A DNA stretch of 64,000 nucleotides from Hemiscyllium ocellatum (lineage: Eukaryota). Positions 26,420-39,242 of this stretch are shown here, one piece after another (positions within the stretch are counted from its first letter, which is position 1; each line of letters opens with the position of its first letter). Under the pieces are notes generated by a model that was given only the letters and a program-made list of their open reading frames with translations, was not told the origin of the DNA and made no database searches. The stretch is from assembly GCF_020745735.1 (NCBI RefSeq), contig NC_083412.1, positions 74,552,320-74,616,319 of the forward strand. The letters are read 5' to 3'. The position numbers and the translations under genes are program-made.

Positions 26420-27110
26420 CTGGGTTACTGTCAGGGGGAGGAAAGGGAAGCGACGGTCAGAGCAGGGATCCCTTGTTGCCTTTCCCCTCAGCAGTAGGTA
26501 TACCATTTTGGAAACTGCTAGTGGGGACAGCCTACCAGGAGAAAGCCATAGCTGTCAGGTCTCTGGCACTGAGCCTGGCACAGAAGGGAAGGGGGGAAAT
26601 AGAAAAGTATTGGTGGTAGGGGTCTCAATAGTTAGACAGATTGACAGGAGATTTTGTGGTCAGGAATGGGACTCTCGGAAGGTATGTTGCCTCCCTGGTG
26701 CCAGGGTCCGGGATGTCATCGATCTGGTTTACAAGATTCTGAAGGGGGAGGGTGAGCAGCCTGAAATCGTGGTACGCATTGGCTCCAATGATCCTGTCAG
26801 AAAAAGGATTAAGGATCAGGAAAAGTGACTACAGAGTGTTAGATTGGAAGCTGAAGAACAGGACAAGTAGAGTAGTGATCTCCGGTTTGCTATTGGTGCC
26901 ACAAGATAGTGAGATAAGGAACAGTCAGCAAAAACAGCTTAACACGTGGCTGTGAGGCTGACGCAGGAGGGTGGGCTTCAGATACCGAGACCATTTGGAT
27001 ACCTTCTAATGAAGGTGGGATCTGTACATGAAGGACGGGTTGCACCTAAACTGGAGGGGCACAAATATCCTGGGTGGGAGATTTGCTCGTGTGATTCGGG
27101 AGGGTTTAAC
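26420..27110 (+). pseudogene. CR1 ORF1 C-terminal SGNH/GDSL esterase domain (disrupted)
   Basis: VVGVSIVR (GDS block mutated), CLPGARV, IGSND, DGLHLN. Confidence 0.85.
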
Positions 27111-27239
27111 TAGTTTGGCAGGGGGGGTGGGAATCAAAGCCACATGTCTGAGAGGGGGTCAGTTGCAGACGGGACAGTGACAGGATATATTGAATCTATC
27201 AGGAAGGTTTCTCACGTGATGAAACAAGGGGGTTGATTA

Positions 27240-30097
27240 AAGTGTGTCTGCTTTAGTGCAAGAAGTGTCTGAAATAAGAGTGACGAACTTAGTGCGTAGA
27301 TCAGTACTTGGGACTACGATGTTGTGAGCATAAGCCCTTGGGCTTATGCTCGAAACGTCGAATTCTCTATTCCTGAGATGCTGCCTAACCTGCTGTGCTT
27401 TGACCAGCAACACATTTGCAGCTGTGATCTCCAGCATCTGCAGACCTCATTTTTTACTACGATGTTGTGGCCATAACGGAGATGTGGGTTTCACAGGGGC
27501 AGAAATGGTTGCTTGATGTTCCAGGGTTTAGAATGTTTAAAAAGAACAGGGGGGGTGGAAAAAGAGGAGGGGGTGTAGCATTGCTAATTAGAGAGTGCAT
27601 CACAGCTACAGAAACGAAGGTTGTTGAGGAAGGTTTGTCTACTGAGTCAGTATGGGTGGAAATTAGGTACAGCAAGGGAACAGCCACTGTATTGGGGGTT
27701 TTCTACAGACCACCTAATAGCAGTAGAGAGATTGAAGAACTCATAAGTGGGCAGATTCTGGAAAAATGCAAAAGTAGCAGGATTGTTGCTATGGGTGATT
27801 TCAACTTTCCCAATATCAACTGGAACTTTCTAAGTGCTGGTGATTTGGTTGGAGCTGTTTTTGTCAGGTGTGTTCAGAAGGGTTTCCTTACTCAGTATGT
27901 AGACAGACTGACGAGGGGAGAGGCCATTTTGGATTTGGTGCTTGGCAACAAGCCAGGACAAGTGTCAGATCTTGCGGTGGGAAAGCACTTTGGTGAAAGT
28001 GATCACAATGCCTCACATTTAGCATAACCTTGGAGAGTGAAAGGAGCAATTACCAAGGGAAGATATTTAATTGGGGAAAAGGAAATTATGACACTATCAG
28101 ACAGGAGTTGGGAAGTACAGACTGGGAGCAATTATTCCACAGAAAGGGCACAGCAGACATGTGGAGACTATTTAAGGAGCAGTTGTTGTGAGTGATGCAC
28201 AAATTTGTTCCTCTGAGACAGGTAAGAAGGGTAAGATTAAGGAACCTCGGATGACAAGAACTGAGAAACTTCTTGTCAAAAGGAAGAAGGTAACTTACGT
28301 AAGGTGGAGGAAGCAAGTGTCTAGCACAGCTTTAGAGGATTACAAGCTTGCTAGAAAGGAGCTCAGAAATGGACTGAGGAGATCCAGGAGGGGGCATGAA
28401 AAAGGCTTGGTAAGAAGAATTAGGGAGAACCCAAAAGTATTTTACTCATACGTGAGGAATAAGAGAATGATCAGGGAGAAGATAGGGTCGATCAGGGATA
28501 GCAGAGGGAACTTGTGCATGGAGTCTGAGCAGATAGGGGAAGCACTAAATGGGTTTTTTGCTTCAGTTTTCACTAAGGATAGGGAACCTGTTATAAAAGA
28601 AAACTTAGAGGAGCTGGGATACAGTCTTGACCAGATCAAAATTGATGAAGTTGATGTGCTAGAAAGTTTGGAAACATGAAGATTGATAAGTCCCCACAGT
28701 TAGATCAGACTTATCCTAGGCTCCTCTGGGAAGCAAGAAAAGAGGTTACTAATCTGCTGGTGAGGATATTTGCCTCCTCCCTCTCCACAGGAGTCGTACC
28801 AGAGGATTGGAAGGAGGCGAATGTTGTTCCTCTTCTCAAGAAGGGTAATAGGGAAATCCCTGGCAATTACAGACCAGTCAGTCTTACGTCTGTGGTCAGC
28901 AAAGTTTTGGAAAGAATTCTGAGGCATAGGATTTATGACTATTTGGCAAAGCGTAGAGTGATTAAAGGCAGTCAGCATGGCTTTGTGAGGAACAGGTCAT
29001 GCCTCACAAATCTTATTGAGTTCTTTGAGAAGGTGTCAAGACAGGGCGATGACAGTCGAGCAGTGGATGTGGTGTATATGGATTTCAGTAAGGCATTTGA
29101 TAGGGTTCCCCATGTAGGCTCATTCATAAAGTCAGCAAGTATGGGATACAGGGAGATTTGGCTATCTGGATTCAGAATTGGCTGGCTGACAGAAGGCAGA
29201 GAGTGGTTGTAGATGGAAAGTATTCTGCCTGGAGGACAGTGTTGTGTGGGGTCCTGCAGGGCTCTGTTCTCAGGCCTCTGCTCCTTGTAGCTTTTATAAA
29301 TGACTTTGATGAGGAGGTTGTGGGGTGGGTTAATAAATTTGCAGATGACTCAAAGGTTGGAGGTGTCGTTGATAGTATAGAGGGCTACTGCAGGCTGCAT
29401 GCAGCGCGCCATAGACAGGATGCAGAGCTGGGCTGAGAAATGGCAGATGGAGTTCAACGTGGATAAATGCAAAGTGATGCATTTTGGAAGGTCGAACTCG
29501 AATGCTGAATATAGGATTAAATACAGGATTCTTGGCAGAATGGAGGAACAGAGGGATCTGGGTGTGCAAGTATATAGATCCCTCAAAATTGCCACCCAAG
29601 TTGATAGGGTTGTTAAGAAAGCATATGATGTTTTGGCTTTCATTAACAGGGGTATCGAGTTTAAGAGCCGCGAGGTTTTGCTGCAGCTCCACAAGTCCCT
29701 GGTGAGACCACACTTGGAATATCGTGTCCAGTTCTGGTCGCCCTACTATAGGAAAGATACAGAGGCTTTGGAGAGGGTGCAAAGAAGGTTTACCAGTATG
29801 TTGCCTGGTCTGGAGGGCTTGCCTTATGAAGAAATGTTGAATAAGCTCAGACTTTTCTCTCTGGAGAGAAGGAGGAAGAGAGGAGACCTCATCGAGGTGT
29901 ACAAAATAATGAGAGGAATAGACAGAGTCAATAGCCAGAAACTTTTCCCCAGGGCAGGATGGACTGGTACGAGGAGGTATACTTTGAAGATAATAAGAGG
30001 AAGGTATAAAGGGGACGTCAGAGGTAGGTTCTTTATGCAGAGAGTTGTGAATGCATGGAATGCATTGCCAGCTGAGGTGGTGGAAGCAGACATTTAA
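27240..30097 (+). pseudogene. CR1 ORF2 APE endonuclease plus reverse transcriptase (frameshifted)
   Basis: AITEMW, GGGVALLI, YRPPN, GDFNFP, SDH; NYRPVSLTS, YMDFSKAFD, QGSVL, FADD. Confidence 0.93.
27327..27455 (+). mobile_element. PLE family A terminal insertion with 12-bp fold-back
   Basis: GAGCATAAGCCC-TT-GGGCTTATGCTC then GAAACGTCGAAT; TSD ACTACGATGTTGTG at 27313-27326 and 27456-27469. Confidence 0.9.
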
Positions 30098-32728
30098 GTG
30101 ACTGCTCAACATGCACATGGATAGCAGAGAGTAGAGGGTGCATAGGCTAAGTTACTATATTTGACATTAGGATTAAATCTCGGCACAACATTGTGGGCCA
30201 AAGGGCCTGTTCTGTGCTGTACATATCTATGGCCTATGTTCTATGTACTACACCTGTTCCTTCATTAGGGAGCTATTGTCAACGGTTCCCTCATTTTATT
30301 TTGAACAATGTGTGTTTTGTTGTAAAAGGATTTTAATTCCTGTTTAATAGTTGTTGTTTTAATTTATTTACAGCAGTATTTTCAAATTTCTGTTTTATAA
30401 CTTGTCCCTACTTTATATTTGTTCCTTTGTAAACTGTACAATAAATCTGATAATTTATGGACTAGTATGAAAGCTTCCAGATGGATGTAAAAACGCTGTC
30501 TGGTTCCCGACTGTCATTGCTAGTGACTCTGGTCTGTACATAACTCCAGTCCAACATTACATTATTGACTCTTCATGCCCTGGGGGCAAATAAGTACTGG
30601 CAGTAAATGCTGCACTGGTAATGTCACCCACACCCTAAGAAGACATAAAACAAATGTTCTTCTGAGTTACCTCCTCTTTCTAAGCCAGAACTTTCTTTAA
30701 ATCTTTCAAATAACTTAATACACCTTTTCCATTTCTATTTACTCACTAGATTCAACTTATATGCTGGGTTTGTTAATGCAAGATTTTCATTTTTTGTTCC
30801 TTTCCGTGTCGAGGAGTGCTCTTAAACAAAACTGAGCGTTTTTTTTCCCAACTCCAAATCACCCGTGATTTTTTTTAACCTACTAACTCCCACCAGTGAA
30901 TCGTCATGTCTTATAATTGAATAGTTTATGGGCAAAGCCCAATATATGGTTTACAATAGATTTCTGAAGATTGAAGTGAGGTGTCATACATTTATCAAGC
31001 ATGTTGTAGTTGGGTGTCAAGTACAGCACATCCAATGTGACAGTTCTGGAATAAGTTGGGGAGAATTTTTTTGAGAGGTCTGAGGCAGATTTACCTCAGT
31101 TGATCAGGAACAAAGAGGGAGCTTGAACATTACCTGAGCAGCTTGTGAAACACTCATCATTCTGACTATTGAAGAATGACATGTAAGCCAGGCAGGTAGC
31201 ACCCTGTAGCATTGCTGGCCCCTGGAGAATTGAGCATGTCTGCAGCATACTGCTAGAAGCTACAATTGACTCTTGGAGAGCTGGTTTCTTCCCCAGGAGC
31301 TTAGGCTTTATGAATCCAAATTCTCACTAAAGTCTACTAGTTTTTATATATTCCTTTTACACTCAGTATGCAGCAAAGTATATATTTTCAACAATAGATA
31401 CTTTTTTAAAGAAAAACTTAGAATATACCTTGGAAGGAAAATGTGATTGTTTTATCTTTTAAGTTAACTTCCTCATTTAACAAGCTCTTTCTATGTTGGG
31501 TTATGTGTACAAGTCTCTCACTATGTTCTTGCTCCATGCAATTGCTATTGAACCAACTGAAATCTTGTTTATCAGTCGGTCTTCATTTCTGTATCCTTCA
31601 GTGCCAACTAAAAAAGGACGATGCATGCCCAGATGTTTTCCTTTGTGGATTTAATTGTTTTCCCACATTGTTATCAAAATGATTAAACTTCTTTGAAACT
31701 TTAGGAAGTTGTATGTAATGGCATGTCCCTCGTTACTTCATTCTAAATCTGAGCATTGCTGCACAATTGGGCCTGGTCCCAATGCCCAGTGGTAATTTAA
31801 ATTGACTTGTACTTTCCTGTTTAAGAGGCAAAGGCTAAAGGTTAATGTTGCTGCAATGTAAAGAGACATCAATCGCAGCATAACATTAATACGCTTCAGG
31901 ACAATCTGATTAACCCTTTCCTTATGAATATGGTAGAAGTTGTTGTATTTGCTGCACCATTACTACATTGTTCATGAGGTTGTTTGCTATGTGACAATCA
32001 CTCCACAGACCAGGCTCCCCAGTGTTTGTAGTTCCAGATGGGCCACCCCAAATGATTCAGTTCCAAGATGAGGAAGTGATATTATTCTCCCAATAGTCAA
32101 TTTAATTAGGCTTTCTTGAATTAACAAAAGTGAATTCATTAGTTACTAACAATGAGAAGAAAGAATAATGCAACACACATACACTCAGATTAAGAATAAA
32201 AAATGAGACCTACAGAAGAGATTTTTACAAGTCAGTCGTTCATGAAGAGCACATGGAAAAACATTGTTACCAGTACAGTGGTTGTTACCATTGACTTTCC
32301 CAGTCAGAGAGTTGATTTTGAGCTCTTCACTTCAGAGGTCAATTAATGTCTTTATGTCTTAGTTCCTTTCAGAGTGGATAGCTGGCACCACTCAGAGTGA
32401 GAGACTGCTTTTTTCCTTTTCTAATGGTGCAGGGATGTATCATAGCTGTGAAATTCACAGCACACTAGTTGACATGCTAGGATATTGGGCTAATAACACA
32501 TTCAGATCAAGGTTCAAGCTCTCTTGTAAATGCCTTTTTTTTTGTATATCCCTGGAAGGTTAAAGCAAAAACATATTTGCAGAGGATGGCTCCATGTTGA
32601 GAGAGAGTTAGGTTTTCAGCCTCTCATGAACTCTTCCTTTTAAGTCTTTTGATGAGAAGTTTCCCTGACTCCGTAAAGGTGTGTCATTTCAGAATTTCTC
32701 TGCAGATAGCCATTGAGTTTACACTGGG

Positions 32729-32980
32729 GAGAAAGTGAGGACTGCAGATGCTGGAGATCAGAGTCGAAAAACGTGGTGCTGGGAAAGCACAGCAGGTCAG
32801 GCAGCATCCGAGGAGCAGGCGAGTCGACGTTTCGAGCATAAACCCTTCATCAGGAATGAGGTTTGTGGAACAAGGGGGTTGAGAGATAAATGGGAGGGGT
32901 GTGGGACTGGGGGGGGAATGCGATAGGTAGATGAAGGTGAGGGTGAAAGTGATAGGTCGGAGAGAAGGGTGGGGCAGGAA
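32729..32980 (-). mobile_element. PLE family A 3' end (UTR, hammerhead, tail)
   Basis: Same terminus as 41553; purine-rich antisense UTR. Confidence 0.85.
32823..32857 (-). ncRNA. Minimal hammerhead ribozyme motif
   Basis: Reverse complement ATTC CTGATGA A GGGT TTAT GCTC GAAAC GTC GAC; stem II has G-U pairs and stem I is weak. Confidence 0.65.
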
Positions 32981-33365
32981 TATGTGTGAGAATTAAAGTT
33001 CAATATTTCCATATGTGATCTGAGAATATGATCCATAGCCCTGACAGTTAACCATCATCTTTTCTTGATGGGGTTGAAGATCCTACTTGATTTAGAGTAA
33101 CTCAAGAAACCATGAGTGAATCTTAATGAGAAAAAAAAACTTCTGTCTTTCACAAAAGGCGGTCTATTGCACAAAAGCATGAGGTGCAAGTTACATTGGT
33201 AAGTTAAATGTTTTTACGAGGACGAGTAGGAGACATGTGGACATAGGTCTTGGCCATGAAAGATCCTAAGGTGTTCTGCCTTTTCCCCAGCATCTTCAGG
33301 TTATAGGAACTTAATGCAATCTCCAACATCAGCCCGTTTGAAACCATCACGTTATACAGCAGAAG

Positions 33366-34288
33366 TGAACGACCTGGATGAGGGCGTACAAGGATGGGTT
33401 AGAAAATTTGCAGATGACACTAAGGTTGGTGGAGTTGTGGATAGTGACAAAGGATGTTGTAGGTTACAGAGAGACATAGATAAGCTGCAAAGCTGGGCTG
33501 AGAGGTGGTAAATGGAGTTTAATGCAGACAAGTGTGAGGTGATTCACTTTGGCCGGAGTAACCGAAATGCAAAGTACTGGGAGAATGGTAAAATTCTTGG
33601 TAGTGTAGATGAGCAGAGAGATCTCGGTGTTCAGGTATACAGATCCTTAAAAGTTGCCACCCAGGTTGACAGGGTTGTTAATAAGGCATACAGTATTTTA
33701 GATTTTATTAATAGAGGGATCGGGTTCTGGAACCATGAGGTTATGCTACAGCTGTACAAAACTCTGGTGCGGCCGCACTTAGAGTACTGTGTACAGTTCT
33801 GGTCACCGGATTATAGGAAAGATGTGGAAGCTTTCGAAAGGGTGCAGAGGAGATGTTGCCTGGTATGGAGGGAAGGTCTTATGAGGAAAGGCTGAGGGAC
33901 TTGAGGCTGTTTTCATTGGAGCAAAGAAGGTTGGGAGGTGACTTAATAGACACATATAAGATAATCAGAGAGTTAGATAGGGTGGACAGGGAGAGCCTTT
34001 TTCTAAGTATGGTTATGGCGAGCACGAGGGGGCTTTAAAGTGAGGGGTGATAGATATAGGACAGATGTCAGAGGTAGTTTCTTTACTCAGAGAGTAGTAA
34101 CAGTATGGAATGCTTTGCCTGAAACGGTAGTAGATTTGCCAACTTTAAGTACTTTTAAGTTGTCATTGGACAAGCATATGGACGTACATGGAATAGTGTA
34201 AGTTAGATGGGCTTCAGATTGGTATGACAGGTCAGTGCAACATCGAGGGCCGAAGGGCCTGTACTGCGCTGTAATGTTCAATGTTCTA
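33366..34288 (+). mobile_element. CR1 3' ~0.9 kb
   Basis: NDLDEG..FADDTK..LYKTLVRPHLEYCVQFWSP..GDLIDTYKI and tail. Confidence 0.93.
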
Positions 34289-35777
34289 AGTAAGTAATTT
34301 TTCTCTACTTTTAAATTTCATTTTCCACCTACTCTTAGATGCAAATTATTTCCCATAATGATCTCAATCTCTACTTCTAATTGTTTTCACAAGATTGTTT
34401 TAACAAAGATTAACCAATGACATTATTCTGTGATTTATGAGTTATTTCAGAATTGGATACAGCTACTGGAGATCATCTGCACCTAACCTTATTTATATTT
34501 TTCCCAGAATCTTTCTAGCTACCAGCTGTGCCTGGAAACATTTGATCACCATTGAATTAGCCATGATTTTTTGCATCCTTGGAGTAACTCAGCACTATCT
34601 CTGCTGACCTTTAATTTATATAACACTTACAGTAACTGTCTAACCTTATAACCAGCCACTACAATTTGTATTCTCATATTAAATGTCAGAATTTCTCTGA
34701 AACAAAATTAATGAGGAACACTTGACCTATGGCCAGTAAAATTCTCTCTCACCCTCTGATAACATATAATGTAAGTGTACAATTTGTGAGTTTGCTTCTA
34801 ATGTTATTGGAACATCACTAATGTTACTGGGTTTTCTTTGCATTCACATTTTGCAGCTCAAATTTCCTTCACATACACATCCATTCTTCTACTTTGCAGA
34901 GCTGTCATAGTGTTCCTCCTTAAGTCATGCAAATCTTTTCTCAAATTCTACTCATTTTTTGAAAAAAAAAAGCCTGGTGTCTTGCCCAGTGCATGCAAAA
35001 ATATACATTCAACCTTTTTAAGCTGAACTTTAAAAAGTAAACACAAAAGCTGTTGTGATAGCTGAAACGTATCGTTTCACTTCTGGCAGTATCAGCTCCA
35101 GACAGTCCTGAAACCCAGGCAAATACCTAATTAAATATGGACAAACGCAGCCACTTATGAAATTTATATATCCCTTTGTTAAGGATGGACTGACAATAGA
35201 GACAATTATCACAGACCAGCCAATTTGGCATTCTGTTTTTCCATGGACAAAAGAGAGATTGAAATGCTTATCTCACACCAAGTTAGACAAACGTGAAATT
35301 GATTCAATTTACCTACAATTGTACTACCATAACCCCCTCATTCCAAAAGCAAAGATGTTGGCTGTCTCAGTCTCTCAAGATGTAAGATGCCACATTACGG
35401 AACATGAATCCTTATTTAGAAAATGAATTTGGATTTAAAACTAGACAAATGGGTAAGACAGATTTTTTTGTGACTTGCTTTCAAAATAACTATCAGACCG
35501 AGAAGTCTTCAGAAAATCATACAGCCAGCTGCAATACAATTCCACAACCATAGAAATAAACAGCTATATCTTAAAAATGGAGAAGAGCTCTTAGCCAACC
35601 TATTGCAACTTGACCTTAATCAGAGTTGATCTCCTGTTAATGCAACAATGAGAGGTTTCACAGCTTACTAAGCATCCTTTTTTTCATAAACCTGCATTCC
35701 AACCAAAGTATCAGTTTATCTAAGAAAGTACAGGCTTGCTACTAAACAGAAATTTCTAAAAGAAATTATACCTTGTA

Positions 35778-36960
35778 ATCATAGAGTAATAGAGTCATAG
35801 AGATGTACAGCATGGAAACAGACCCTTCGGTCCAACCCATCCATGCCAACCAGATATCCCAATCCAATCTAGTCCCACTTGCCATCACCCGGTCCATATC
35901 CCTCCAAACCCTTCCTATGCATATACCCATCCAAATGCCTCTTAAATGCTGCAATTGTACCAGCCTCCACCACATCCTCTGGCAGCTCATTCCATACACG
36001 TACCACCGTCTGTGTGCAAATGTTGCCCCTTAGGTCTCTTTTACATCTTTCCCCTCTCACCCTAAACCTATGCCCTCTAGTTCTGGACTCCCTCACCCCA
36101 GGGAAAAGACTTTGTCTATTTATCATATCCATGCCCCTCATAATTTTGTAAACCTCTATAAGGTCACCCCTCAGCCTCCAACGCGCCAGGGAAAACAGCC
36201 CCAGTCTGTTCAGCCTCTCCCTAGCGCTCAAATCCTCCAACCCTGGCAACATTCTTGTAAATGTTTTCTGAAACCTTTCAAGTTTCACAATATCTTTCTG
36301 ATAGGAAGGAGACCAGAACTGCACGCAATATTCCAACAGTGGCCAAACCAATGCCCTGTACAGCTGCAACATGACCTCCCAACTCCTGTACTCAATGCTC
36401 TGACCAATAAAAGAAAGCATACCAAATGCCTTCTTCACTATCCTATCTATCTGCGACTCCACTTTCAAGGAGCTATGAACCTGCACTCCAAGGTCTCTTT
36501 GTTCAGTAACACTCCCTAGGATCTTCCCATTAAGTGTATAAGTCTTGCTAAGATTTGCTTTCCCAAAATGCGGCACCTCGCCTTTATCTGAATTAAACTC
36601 CATCTGCCACTTTGCAGCCACATTGGCCCATCTGGTCAAGAAACTGTTGTAATCTGACGTAACCTTCTTCGCTGTCCACTACACCTCCAATTTTGGTGTC
36701 ATCTGCAAACTGAATAACTGTATCGCTTATGCTCGCATCCACTTCAGTTATGTAAATGACAAAAAATAGAGGAATCAGCACCAATCCTTGTGGCACTCCA
36801 CTGGTCACAGGCCTCCAGTCTGAAAAACAACCCTCCACCCCCACCCTCTGTCTTCTATCTTTGAGCCAGTTCTGTATCCGAATGACTAGTTCTCCCTGTA
36901 ATCAGTGAGACCTAACCTTGCTGACCAGTCTACCATGGGAAACTTTGTCAAACGCCTTAA
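35778..36960 (-). mobile_element. CR1 (HER1-like) 3' ~1.2 kb
   Basis: ORFs 36593..36844 (GVPQG, FADD) and 35869..36639; (CTATGACT)n tail. Confidence 0.93.
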
Positions 36961-37416
36961 ACATATTGCTTATTTTTTTATTTATGTGGATTGTCATGAC
37001 TCTGATGGGAGGAATGCATGGAATATCAAGAACCATTATTCCTTGTCATCAACATGTGACAATGAACAATTTATTCGCCAAGGTTGTTAATTTTCATGAA
37101 TTTCACAACAGTCTGAGTTTAAAGAATCTCGTATCAAGTTTAAACAATTTTCAAGAAAATAGAATGTATTCATTATAAATAAACATAGTCGTTACAAAAA
37201 CAGATTATTAATTACCAATATGCAACCTTAGATTATAGAGTTAGAGTTCCAACACACTTCACATTCATTTATATGTAAGACAGACAGTTTTTCAGAAACG
37301 TTGTAAGTGGAAAATATAACCAAAATGAAACAAGTTCCATGAAGTGAGAGTCAAAAGCAGAAGAATGGAGTGATACAACCTCTTTGCAGTTCTTTTGGTT
37401 ATTGGCTATGAAAAAT

Positions 37417-37498
37417 AGAGGAACCTCGATTATCCGAATGATGTGGGCGGGCTGTATTTCATTTGGTTGATCGAATTCTGGATAATCGAGGTTCCTCT
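37417..37498. mobile_element. 82-bp Tigger-like mini MITE
   Basis: Perfect 19-bp TIR AGAGGAACCTCGATTATCC (37417-37435) / GGATAATCGAGGTTCCTCT (37480-37498). Confidence 0.75.
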
Positions 37499-37689
37499 GT
37501 GTATGTTGTTGTCTTTAACCTAGGAGGCATTTAGTTAAACTGAGGATTTTACTTGAGTTAGAAGTTTGTCTTTTCAAAGGATTTGAGTGTTACTTCTCCA
37601 CTCACAGATCGAAAGAGAGAGAAACCCTTCTTGCTTTCTAGCTTTTAGGTATCTGACTGCAACTACCCAACAGTTTTGTGACAACCTGC

Positions 37690-37770
37690 AATGTGAATTG
37701 GCCATGCTAAATTGCCCGTAGTGTGGACTTGTTGGGCCGAAGGGCCTGTTTCCACACTGTAAGTAATCTA
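37690..37770 (+). mobile_element. HE1 SINE 3' fragment
   Basis: GTGAATTGGCCATGCTAAATTGCCCGTAGTG joined to GGACTTGTTGGGCCGAAGGGCCTG..TAATCT. Confidence 0.8.
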
Positions 37771-37879
37771 AAACAAATTCAATCTATTGCTGGGCAGTTT
37801 TGTTTCAATCTAAAGATGGTAGTGCCTGTTTGTCTCTCAAATCCAGCTTCTACAAAAGTTACATGGCTTCATCCAATCA

Positions 37880-37988
37880 ATGATTTGGAGACACCGGTGT
37901 TGGACTGGGGTGTACAAAGTTAAAAATCACACAACACCAGGTTATGGTCTAACAGGTTTATTTGGAAGCACTAGCTTTCTCCTTCACC
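37880..37988 (-). mobile_element. PLE family C tailed terminus
   Basis: Near-identical to 6511-6610. Confidence 0.75.
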
Positions 37989-38987
37989 CTCAATTTGCTT
38001 TGAGTAGTAAAAAAAAATCTATTGCTGTAAACTATCATTTTGCAATTTATATTTCCAATAAAATATATAGTTTTTAAAAATGTCAACCCCCATGTCCCCA
38101 AAGAAGATGAAACATCTATTTCATCTCAAGATAAATATGGCATACATATAATGGAACATTTAAAGAAGTATATTCACCCACCCTCATTCATTTTTATGCA
38201 GGATTTGCACAAGTTCTTGTCAATTATTCTCAAACATTCAACCTTTCCAGCATTGTTACATACTTGATAATGTGTCTGCATTGTCCTTGTTAGCAATATG
38301 AATGGTTCTTATTTTATTATAGAGTGAATTAACAAAGCTAATTGAAATGATCTCACATTTTGGTTTTAAATTTCTTGTCAAAGGCCAAGGGTTTATTGTT
38401 AGTCTATATTTGTGTTTCTTATGACAGACATAAATTACAAAACATTTAAGAGCCGGTAATAATTCCAGAGTCACCTTTTCCATCATAAAGTACTTAATTT
38501 GATGCCGGGTTAATTTCTCAGAAAAGTACTCCACTGACTTCTCTATTTTTAATTCATCAACTAGTCTGTTTCCATTTCCAAATCACTTGCATCAATTGCA
38601 GTTTTACAAGTTTTAGTGAAGTCAATGGCAGCTAACACCAGTTCATTTGTTAAGTTTGTCTTCAACTTTTCAAAGGCCTTTTTGCACTCTTGCGACCATA
38701 TTATCTTGACCTGATTTTACACGATAAATCTATTAGACTTGTTGATACAATCTGAAGTTCGATAAATCTTTGTTAGTTAAACCTTTGATTCAAAAATAAG
38801 ACACACATATCTAGAAATTTCATGATTTTTGCTTAAATTTTAGGAATAGAAAATTCTACCAGTCTTTATCTTTACTTATCTTTGGCAAAACTTACCCTTG
38901 ACTATCATATGTCCAAAGTCTGGTTGAAGATTTGTAGCTCGGGTGTCCGTTGTTATGGTACTGTTCGCCGAGCTGGAAGTTTTTGCT

Positions 38988-39027
38988 GCAAACGTTTCGT
39001 TCCCTGGCTAGGGAACATCATCAGTGC
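38988..39027 (-). ncRNA. Minimal hammerhead ribozyme motif (intact core)
   Basis: Reverse complement GCA CTGATGA T GTTCCCT AGCC AGGGAAC GAAAC GTT TGC; 7-bp stem II, palindromic ACGT stem III. Confidence 0.8.
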
Positions 39028-39084
39028 TATTGGAGCCTCCTGTGAAGCGCTGCTTTGATGTTTCTTCCGGTATTTATAGTGGTT

Positions 39085-39242
39085 TGTTCTTGCCGCTTCC
39101 GGGTGTCAGTTTCAGCTGTAGTAGTTTGTATGTGGGGTCCAGGTCGATGTGTCTGTTGATGGATGTTCTTGCCGCTTCCGTGTGTCAGTTTCAGCTGTAG
39201 TGGTTTGTATATGGGGTCCAGGTCTATGTGTCTGTTAATGGA
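39085..39242. repeat. 79-bp tandem duplication inside the PLE
   Basis: TGTTCTTGCCGCTTCCG..GTGTCTGTT(G/A)ATGGA starts at 39085 and again at 39164. Confidence 0.9.

Larger units (their letters stand above)
26420..30245 (+). mobile_element. Near full-length CR1 LINE (partial ORF1, ORF2, 3'UTR)
   Basis: Esterase ORF1, APE, RT, then tail GGGCCAAAGGGCCTGTTCTGTGCTG and CTATGTT repeats. Confidence 0.95.

Noticed and set aside
26373-26955. Host GDSL lipase or domesticated esterase gene
   Set aside because: It is CR1 ORF1, frameshifted, with the GDS motif mutated, directly upstream of ORF2.
29330-30118. Long antisense ORFs (262 aa here; similar ones at 36070, 41981, 43002, 43488, 43956)
   Set aside because: Antisense or alternate-frame shadows of CR1 and PLE coding sequence.
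31990-33300. Possible solo LTR (similar TG-starting segments at 49940 and 58577)
   Set aside because: Could not define both ends or a TSD by eye.
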